DNA from: Elusimicrobiota bacterium
GTDB lineage: Bacteria; CG03; SLGR01; JBDRKX01
Direction: 5' to 3'
Length of the DNA stretch: 13,558 nt
Assembly: GCA_043813605.1 (NCBI GenBank)
Contig: JBDRKX010000039.1
Span: 1 to 13,558, forward strand
Position numbers and translations under genes: made by a program. The notes under the pieces were generated by a model. It was not told the origin of the DNA and did not search any database. It was given only the letters and a program-made list of their open reading frames with translations. Below are positions 1-7,238 of the stretch, piece after piece. Position 1 is the stretch's first letter, and each line of letters begins with the position of its first letter.

Positions 1-151
1 GGCTGTCTTTCCCACCGCTTATCCCTACAATACAGTCATATCCTTTTTTAGTTGGCTTTTTCGACAAAAAATGGGATGCAGCCTTTCTGTGACTTGAATC
101 AATAATACGCGCGGTTATGTTTTTAATGCTTTTTGATATATTCAGTTTCAT
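1..151 (-). CDS. Partial (5' end) PP-loop ATPase, likely N-acetyl sugar amidotransferase (WbpG-like) family; runs off the window edge
   Basis: Manual translation from ATG at 151 gives MKLNISKSIKNITARIIDSSHRKAASHFLSKKPTKKGYDCIVGISGGKDS. YDCIVGISGGKDS is the typical PP-loop context of this family. An in-frame stop lies 10 codons upstream. Not in the ORF track. Confidence 0.75.
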   Translation of the reverse strand, partial: MKLNISKSIKNITARIIDSSHRKAASHFLSKKPTKKGYDCIVGISGGKDS

Positions 152-439
152 AAAGATAATTCTGCCTTTGAAACAGGATTAATCTCCAGTTTCTAATATA
201 ATATTTATCAATTCTTAGAACCCTTGTCAAGATATAATGTGACAGATATAATGTGCAGTGAAGAAACTCTCGAGATCCAAGCTCACAAAAGCAATATACA
301 AGTTTATAGAAACTTTGCCGTTCATTATCATGGCATACTTAAAAAAAGTGTATTATATCAGGATCAGGAAGGCTTCAGGGGCGGGCAAACTGTTTATTAT
401 TACTATAATACTGGAACGCTTCTTTTAAGGGACTTCAGA

Positions 440-471
440 TTGACATGTAAAAGTATGTTTTATATTATAAT
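440..471 (+). promoter_or_regulatory. sigma70-type promoter for the 477 operon, probably giving a leaderless or near-leaderless mRNA
   Basis: TTGACA (440-445), 17 nt, TATTAT (463-468); an overlapping perfect TATAAT at 466-471; ATG at 477 with no Shine-Dalgarno. Confidence 0.65.
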
Positions 472-476
472 ACTGA

Positions 477-3400
477 ATGAAACTTCTAAAAGTTTTCATA
501 ACAACTGCCGTATTCTTAATAACTGCAGGATATGCAATGGCATATCCCGACCTTTATTTAAATAACACAGACATAGAATTCTCCAACAGCTATCCTGAAG
601 GGAATGAAGTTATAACTATAACCGCCACTATTCATAACAGCGGGAACAGTTATAGTTCTTCTTACATGGAATTCATAGCGCCTGTTATTTCGTATGCGGC
701 AGTATGGAATGGAAAATTTGTCGGGCAATCGTTCCATCCTGCCGAGGATCTGTTCCTGACCGGAATAGCGCTTATGATAACAGACCTCGGGACTGACGAC
801 ACGCTTACAGTAAATATACAGACAGATGATCCTGCCGGCGGGACACATAAACCGACAGGCGTCTGTATTGCGACAGAGACGGTAAATCTTGACGGTGAAG
901 GCGCAAGCGGACTGATCTGGGCGGATATCATGTTTACTACGCCTACCGCGCTTTCCGCGAACACGACTTACTGGATCGTAGCCGAAAATTATAATGTTGA
1001 TACGTCTACGAATGGATACGGCTGGACCACCGACCTGCAGGGCGGGTATGCCAAAGGGCTGAGGGAATACTCTGGTGATCAGGGAGTTTCGTGGAACACT
1101 TCTGCATACGATCAGGCTTTTAAGATATATAATTCAACAATGGTGGAAGTAGCTTTTTATGAAGGGGATCCCGATAGCGGCGGTACTTTTATCAGCACGC
1201 AGACAATTATCCCGGTAACGAACGGGGGTACACAAATAGTCTCTTCTACATGGAGTGCTTCAACTCATGGCTATATAGATGTATATGTGAAGATCGATCC
1301 TAATAATTATCTTATTGAATCCAGTACGATAAACAATAAAGCGTATAGTAATATACACTGGGATTGTCCGAGACTGGTATCCGCCCTGACTATTGATGAT
1401 GATCTTAACGGAAAAATAGATGCGTACCGGCTGGTATTTAATGAGGATATAGAAGACTCGGTATGGAATAAAATAGGATTAGACGTTGCCGGCCGCAGTA
1501 ATGAAGTATTTTACAGTACAGGACTCCCGAATCATCCTGATACTGCCGATGACACTGATATCTACCTTTCCTTTAATGAGGGGGGGGCTTATGACTCGGA
1601 CATCAAACCTCAGGTACTATACAGCAGTACGACAGGTGACTTGGCTGATGTGGATGATTTCACAAAACTGCTTGATATAGCTACAACAACCATAACAGAA
1701 ACTGATGGCGCTTCACCTATAGTATACTCAGCAACAGCTTCCGATGACTCAGGCGGCGGTCCCGGTATACAGGCAGGGGATAAGATAAAATTATATTTCA
1801 GTGAATCAGTTGATAATCCGCCTGCTATTACTGCCGGTAATATCGACAGTGTGCTGAAGAGCACATTCACAGTAAGTACCTGGACATGGACAGACGGCAA
1901 CGGGTTTATCGGGGCAGCAGAATGGACCAGCGCAAATACGATCCTCACAATAACATTAAGTGCCGGCGGGGGGGTGCCGACGGTTTCAACTTTATTCGAA
2001 ATTCTGACTGATACTTTTTCATTTAAAGACACAGCAGGAAATGTTTCAAGCCATACAGTAGTAATAGGCGGCGGCTTCGGGATCGACACAACTTCACCTA
2101 CTATCATCTCAAGGGAAACTGGAGACCTGGATTCCGATGGTTATATAGATGTTGTTTATATAGTATTCAGTGAGAATATCGATGATTCATCAGTAGCTAT
2201 AAGCAGCTTTGATGTAGTGGGAGTGACGGGTGAATCGTTCTCCAGTACGACAAACGGTGATACTGCCGATGATAGCGGTATATACATAACATTTAATGAT
2301 GGTGTGTTAACAACTGATAAAACACCGAACCTGAATTGCCTGGAAGGAGCAGTGAAAGATCCGAGCGGCAACTCATTACTTGCGATATCCGCCCCCTGCG
2401 CTGATAATTCACCTCCTAAGATATTGACCGCCCTGGCATCGGATCAGGATATCCTTATCCCTGGAGTAGACAGCGATGACAGAGTAGTAATTACTTTCAG
2501 TGAGGCAACAAACAAGCCTCAGATCGATGCGTCAAACATTGATAATGTCCTGGTACTCAGTAATTCACACACATGGAAAGACGGTTCAGCTTCATGGAAT
2601 ACAGCCGGAGATATACTCACGGTAATGTTCGGGTCCCAGGCATCAGAGGCTACTGTATCAACAGGCGACTGGATCACGATCTCAAGCACGACAGTACAGG
2701 TTAAAGACAGCCTGGGTAATATCTCTTTATCAAGCTGTGTTATATCCGGTGTTTTTACGGGAAGTGATACTACGGCTCCCGGAGTGTATTCTATATCCCC
2801 TCTAAATGGCTCATCGGGTATACCTGTAGATACTTCTATTGCGATAACATTCAATGAAAGGATGGATATATCAAAAACCACCGGCGCCATAACCATAACA
2901 GCGGTCCAGGACAACAATGGATACAATATCAATCAGCAGTCAGCCGTAGCGGGTTTTACCGAGTCGTACAATACTGCTGATTACCGTCATAAATTTACTT
3001 TCGCTCTATCAGTAGGTTTAAATAATAATTACAAATACAGAGTAGGCATAGGAGCTGCCGCTGCTGACACAATAGGAAACAGCATTCAAGCAGTCAATTA
3101 TTCATTTACTACAATACTTGATCCCGCTGAATCCAATAAGGTATCCAGCAGTGATGGAAAGATCAAAGCGGTTTTTCAGCCGGGAAGTCTTGATGAGGGT
3201 TTTTATGTCAGTTTCAGCACTGACCCGTTGAGCAATAGTGCTAAAAGCCCGAAAATTGTTGATGCCAACAACAAGACTTACCTGGATGATGATCCGTTCA
3301 CTTTTCCTCTTAATGAATCTCTGGTAGATATTATTGCCTATGATGCTGTTGGTAATCAGATAAATAAAGATTTTGTTATTCCCGTAGAAATAACGTTGTC

Positions 3401-3854
3401 TTACAGTGATACAGATAATAACGGAGAAGTCGATAATGCATCTATGGCATTGCCTGAAGAAGTATTAGAGATCTATTGGCTGGATGAACAGAATAACCTG
3501 TGGGTCAATCTGACAGGTTCCAGTGTCGATACTCAGAATAATAAGGTCAGCGCATCCGCGTATCATTTTACAATTTTCAGTATTATAGGTTCCGGAAAAA
3601 CCGACTTGAAAGATGCCTATGCTTTTCCTGTGCCATTTATGCCGTCCGAGACAGAGAAAATAACTTTTACAAACCTTTCTCCGGTCTGTATTATAAAAAT
3701 ATATTCCATGAACGGGGAATTGATAAAGAAAATGGAACATTCGGGCGGCGGGCAGGAATGCTGGGAGGATATCGAAGCAGGAAGCGGCGTGTATCTCTAT
3801 ATTATCGAGAATGATGATGAACTTAAAAAGGGAAAATTAATGATAATCCGGTGA
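477..3854 (+). CDS. Large secreted surface protein: signal peptide, CARDB with inserted beta-sandwich, 2x two-domain repeat, Big_5-like Ig, ZU5-like domain, T9SS-like C-terminal sorting domain
   Basis: Sec signal (MKLLKVF...GYAMA). CARDB motifs PDL...ITITATIHNSG / VEVAFY.GDP...VKIDPNN.LIES...NN. DTTAP.V.SISP.NG...VDT.I.ITFNE.MD is Big_5-like. C-terminus AYAFPVPF.P...IKIYSMNGELIK...SGVYLYII...KGKLMIIR is CTD-like. Confidence 0.85.
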   Translation: MKLLKVFITTAVFLITAGYAMAYPDLYLNNTDIEFSNSYPEGNEVITITATIHNSGNSYSSSYMEFIAPVISYAAVWNGKFVGQSFHPAEDLFLTGIALMITDLGTDDTLTVNIQTDDPAGGTHKPTGVCIATETVNLDGEGASGLIWADIMFTTPTALSANTTYWIVAENYNVDTSTNGYGWTTDLQGGYAKGLREYSGDQGVSWNTSAYDQAFKIYNSTMVEVAFYEGDPDSGGTFISTQTIIPVTNGGTQIVSSTWSASTHGYIDVYVKIDPNNYLIESSTINNKAYSNIHWDCPRLVSALTIDDDLNGKIDAYRLVFNEDIEDSVWNKIGLDVAGRSNEVFYSTGLPNHPDTADDTDIYLSFNEGGAYDSDIKPQVLYSSTTGDLADVDDFTKLLDIATTTITETDGASPIVYSATASDDSGGGPGIQAGDKIKLYFSESVDNPPAITAGNIDSVLKSTFTVSTWTWTDGNGFIGAAEWTSANTILTITLSAGGGVPTVSTLFEILTDTFSFKDTAGNVSSHTVVIGGGFGIDTTSPTIISRETGDLDSDGYIDVVYIVFSENIDDSSVAISSFDVVGVTGESFSSTTNGDTADDSGIYITFNDGVLTTDKTPNLNCLEGAVKDPSGNSLLAISAPCADNSPPKILTALASDQDILIPGVDSDDRVVITFSEATNKPQIDASNIDNVLVLSNSHTWKDGSASWNTAGDILTVMFGSQASEATVSTGDWITISSTTVQVKDSLGNISLSSCVISGVFTGSDTTAPGVYSISPLNGSSGIPVDTSIAITFNERMDISKTTGAITITAVQDNNGYNINQQSAVAGFTESYNTADYRHKFTFALSVGLNNNYKYRVGIGAAAADTIGNSIQAVNYSFTTILDPAESNKVSSSDGKIKAVFQPGSLDEGFYVSFSTDPLSNSAKSPKIVDANNKTYLDDDPFTFPLNESLVDIIAYDAVGNQINKDFVIPVEITLSYSDTDNNGEVDNASMALPEEVLEIYWLDEQNNLWVNLTGSSVDTQNNKVSASAYHFTIFSIIGSGKTDLKDAYAFPVPFMPSETEKITFTNLSPVCIIKIYSMNGELIKKMEHSGGGQECWEDIEAGSGVYLYIIENDDELKKGKLMIIR
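1365..2774 (+). repeat. Protein-level tandem duplication of a ~230-245 aa two-domain unit (1365-2093 and 2094-2774)
   Basis: Aligned motifs: DDDLNGKID/DLDSDGYID, VFNEDIEDS/VFSENIDDS, DTADDTDIY/DTADDSGIY, ASD...PG...D...FSE, NIDSVL/NIDNVL, TWTDG/TWKDG, KDTAGN/KDSLGN, DTT/DTT. Confidence 0.85.
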
Positions 3855-3867
3855 TGAATATTTTAAG

Positions 3868-5799
3868 ATGAAAAACACAGAAACTTCTATAAATAAAGAA
3901 ACAATAAAATTGATCAGCCGGATTTTTATCATATTTCTGGTTTGCAGCTGTATCTTTGTATCCGGTATCTCAGGAGCGGTAAAATCCGGAGCTAACTTCC
4001 TGAAATTCGGCATAGGCGCAAGGCCGCTCGGAATGGGCGGGGCTTATGTAGCAGTAGCAGATGATGTAAATGCCCTTTGGTGGAACCCTGCAGGTATTGC
4101 AGTTATGAAAGACAGGGAAATAACCTTAATGCATAATGAAGTAGGAGAAGATGTATATCACCAGTTCCTGGCATATACACAGCCCGTTACAAAACTGAGA
4201 GGAAATATTGGCGGAAGTCTTTCTTATCTAAGTGTTTCCAGGATCCAGGGATACAGTGCAGGAGGAGTATCTACGGGTAAACTGGATGCATATGACCTCG
4301 GAGTAAACCTTACATATGCTGCAATGATAGTGAAAGGAGTCTATGGCGGTACGAGTTTGAAGCTGATACAGGAAAAACTTGACACAAAAAAAGCTGCAGC
4401 ATTTGCGCTAGATGCCGGAGGCCTGTGGAAAACTTCGATAGATGGTCTTGGTTTCGGCTTTAATATACAGAATATAGGGAAGGGCCTTAAGTTTATTAAT
4501 GAGACTTCGCCTTTGCCATTGAATTTTAAAGTCGGTACAGCATACAGTTTCAGCGTATTCGGTAACGAAACGATAATGGCACTGGATGCTAATTTTCCTT
4601 CGGATTACAGTACCTATTATAACATCGGCGGGGAGTGCAGATTTTATGAACTGTTTGCAATAAGGGCAGGTTACAAAACTAAAGATGACCTGGCAAACGG
4701 ACTGCGTCTTGGAGGAGGGCTTAAGGGTAAAAACCTCAAAGTCGACTATGCCTGGATGCCCAGGGGGGATCTTGAGGATAGCCACAGAATAGCGGTAACC
4801 ATACGATTCGGACGCAGGTACAGGGAAAGCGAGATAGAGAAGAATATAAGAGACCATTTTGAAAAAGGGAAAAAATATTTTCGAAGCGGCTATATGTTGA
4901 GAGCATACAATGAATTTAAAGACATTCTTCTTGTAGCCCCCCGCCATAAGGGTGCTCAGGATTATGTAAGCCGGATCGAACTTGATATAGAGAGTGCAGA
5001 GGTTGCAAAAGACATTGACGTGACATTCAAAAAGGGAGAAGAATATTTTCAGAAAGGAGATCTGACCGCTGCAAGAGCCGCATTTGAAAGCATACTGGGG
5101 CTGGACCCGGTTCATCAGTCCGCAAAAGGCAGGATAAAAGATATTGATGTAAGGTTCGAAGAAGTCGTGAATTCTATCCTTGAGGATGGGAGAAGGCAAT
5201 ATGAGGAAGCGGATTATAGTAAAGCAATGATTGAGATCAATAAAGTACTGGCACTTGATCCCGATAACACTGAAGCTCTAAAATATCATAAGTTGTTAGA
5301 AGCAAAGAACAGGGAACTGGAAAAAATCAGAGTGGCTCTTGAACAGGAACAGAAAGAAAGGGTCGAGCAGAGAAAGATCGCTGCATGGCGGGAAAAAGCA
5401 GAAAACAGTTATGAAAAGAAGCAGTGGGAGAATGCGATAAAAGCCTACACTGAATTACTGAAGATTGATCCTGACGATCTGACTCTGAGAGAAAGAATTG
5501 CCGCAATCTATTACCAGAAAGGAATAAGCCTGAAAGAAATGAGCAAGTTGCAGGAAGCTCACAAAAGTTTTGATATGGCTTTAAAATATAATCCGGCTCA
5601 CGGGGCCGCGAAAGATGAAGCAAACACGCTCACAGAAGAATTTCAGGATAATGCTAAAGAGTACAATCGCAAAGGGTTAGTAGAATATTCCAAAGGGAAC
5701 CTGGATAAAGCTATAGCATACTGGGAAAAAGCTCTTGAATTTGACAGCAGCAATATATCTGCATTAGAAAACTTAAAGAGGGCAAAAAAGGAAAAATAA
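3868..5799 (+). CDS. PorV/PorQ (UPF0164)-family outer-membrane beta-barrel fused to C-terminal TPR repeats
   Basis: Hydrophobic N-terminal signal. FLKFGIGARPLGMGGAYVAVADDVNALWWNPAG is the family signature. The barrel ends at HRIAVTIRF, followed by ~6 TPR-like units (e.g. YNRKGLVEYSKGNLDKAIAYWEKALEFDSSN). Confidence 0.88.
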   Translation: MKNTETSINKETIKLISRIFIIFLVCSCIFVSGISGAVKSGANFLKFGIGARPLGMGGAYVAVADDVNALWWNPAGIAVMKDREITLMHNEVGEDVYHQFLAYTQPVTKLRGNIGGSLSYLSVSRIQGYSAGGVSTGKLDAYDLGVNLTYAAMIVKGVYGGTSLKLIQEKLDTKKAAAFALDAGGLWKTSIDGLGFGFNIQNIGKGLKFINETSPLPLNFKVGTAYSFSVFGNETIMALDANFPSDYSTYYNIGGECRFYELFAIRAGYKTKDDLANGLRLGGGLKGKNLKVDYAWMPRGDLEDSHRIAVTIRFGRRYRESEIEKNIRDHFEKGKKYFRSGYMLRAYNEFKDILLVAPRHKGAQDYVSRIELDIESAEVAKDIDVTFKKGEEYFQKGDLTAARAAFESILGLDPVHQSAKGRIKDIDVRFEEVVNSILEDGRRQYEEADYSKAMIEINKVLALDPDNTEALKYHKLLEAKNRELEKIRVALEQEQKERVEQRKIAAWREKAENSYEKKQWENAIKAYTELLKIDPDDLTLRERIAAIYYQKGISLKEMSKLQEAHKSFDMALKYNPAHGAAKDEANTLTEEFQDNAKEYNRKGLVEYSKGNLDKAIAYWEKALEFDSSNISALENLKRAKKEK

Positions 5800-5801
5800 T
5801 T

Positions 5802-7238
5802 ATGAAACTAAGAACAAAATTTAGTTTTTTAACATGTACTTTAACTGTCGCGGTTGTCCTCGGGGTATCTGTTTTTCTTTATATTGCTGAAAAACAGCTT
5901 CTTATCAAAGAAATGAAAGAGACTCAGAAGAATATTGTTCATGGCTTGTCGGAGGTCAGCAAGGAGTCTCTGATTACTTCCAATGAGATACTTCTGATAA
6001 ATTACATTAATAAGATAAAAGAAACCCGCGGTATGAAATATGCCATGTTGACATCAATGGAAGGAGAGATAAAAGTCCATACAGATGCAGATTTTATAGG
6101 CAGTACGATTAAAAAACCTCTGGAAATAATTCCAGGTATGGCTGACGAAGTAATTGTACGAACTTATAATGATGAAAAAGGAGATGAAATATCTGTTATT
6201 TCAAAACCGATACTTGTTAATAATACAGGCAGCGGTATTGTCTGGATAGGATTTTCTCAGGCGGTATTAAACGGTGTTGTAGATGAGACTTTAAGAAAAA
6301 CAAAAAAACGGATCCTTGGGGTAGCTTCTTTTGGTTTGATACTGGGAATTATCGGAGCAATAATCCTTTCTATAATGATGACAAAACCTATCAGGAAGAT
6401 GGCAGAAGGCGCGCAGCTTATCGGTTCGGGCAAATTAGGCACTGTGATTGACGTGAAAAGTAAGGATGAATTGGGGAATCTGGCGCGGGATCTGAACAAG
6501 ATGGCAAAAAAGCTGGCAGAACTGGATCAGATGAAACAGGATTTTGTCTCTAGTATAACCCATGAATTCAGGTCGCCTCTGAATGCTATGGGAATACATT
6601 TCGATCTTCTGGCTAAAGGACATCTGGGAGAATTGAACGAGAAACAGAAAGATGCGGTTGGCGTATTGAAAAAAAACGCGCTAAGACTGGGAATGTTCAT
6701 TGATGATCTGCTGGATATGGCAAAAATAGAAAGAGGCAAGATGGTGATCAACTCCAGAGGTTTTAAACTTGTTCCGGTGATCAATGAAATCCGTGATTTT
6801 TATAAGGTGCAGGCTGATAAGAAAAAAATAAGCCTTAAGACTGAAGTGAAAGATGGACTCCCTGAAGCATATGGAGACCCCGACAGGATACGGCAGATAT
6901 TTACTAACCTGTTGAATAATGCCATCAAGTTCACTCCGGAAAACGGTGTTATTACAATAAGCGCTGAATTGAGCAAAGATAACGGCATTAAAATGGCGGT
7001 AAAAGATACCGGAATGGGTATTCCCGAAGACCAGGTAGACAGTATTTTTAACAAGTTTGAACAGGTTAAAGGTGTAAGGGAAAAGGTGTATGGCCAGAAA
7101 GGCACGGGATTGGGGTTGGCGATTGTAAAGGGTTTGGTAGAAGGACAGGCCGGAAAGATATGGGTAGAATCCGAATACGGCAAAGGCACCGTATTCTATT
7201 TTACTCTTCCGGTGAATAAAGATACTGCTAATGGATAA
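5802..7238 (+). CDS. Membrane sensor histidine kinase (2 TM, periplasmic sensor domain, HAMP, HisKA, HATPase_c)
   Basis: Two TM helices flank a ~140-aa loop. HAMP TKPI...DELG.LA..LN.M; H-box THEFRSPL; N-box NLLNNAIKF; DTGMGI; GTGLGL. Confidence 0.95.
   Translation: MKLRTKFSFLTCTLTVAVVLGVSVFLYIAEKQLLIKEMKETQKNIVHGLSEVSKESLITSNEILLINYINKIKETRGMKYAMLTSMEGEIKVHTDADFIGSTIKKPLEIIPGMADEVIVRTYNDEKGDEISVISKPILVNNTGSGIVWIGFSQAVLNGVVDETLRKTKKRILGVASFGLILGIIGAIILSIMMTKPIRKMAEGAQLIGSGKLGTVIDVKSKDELGNLARDLNKMAKKLAELDQMKQDFVSSITHEFRSPLNAMGIHFDLLAKGHLGELNEKQKDAVGVLKKNALRLGMFIDDLLDMAKIERGKMVINSRGFKLVPVINEIRDFYKVQADKKKISLKTEVKDGLPEAYGDPDRIRQIFTNLLNNAIKFTPENGVITISAELSKDNGIKMAVKDTGMGIPEDQVDSIFNKFEQVKGVREKVYGQKGTGLGLAIVKGLVEGQAGKIWVESEYGKGTVFYFTLPVNKDTANG

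Noticed and set aside
330..430. sigma54-like TGGCAT and TGGAAC elements
   Set aside because: No GC at the -12 position.
224..565. 113-aa + strand ORF
   Set aside because: TTG start, no RBS, spans the promoter region and overlaps the real 477 gene out of frame; no recognisable motifs.
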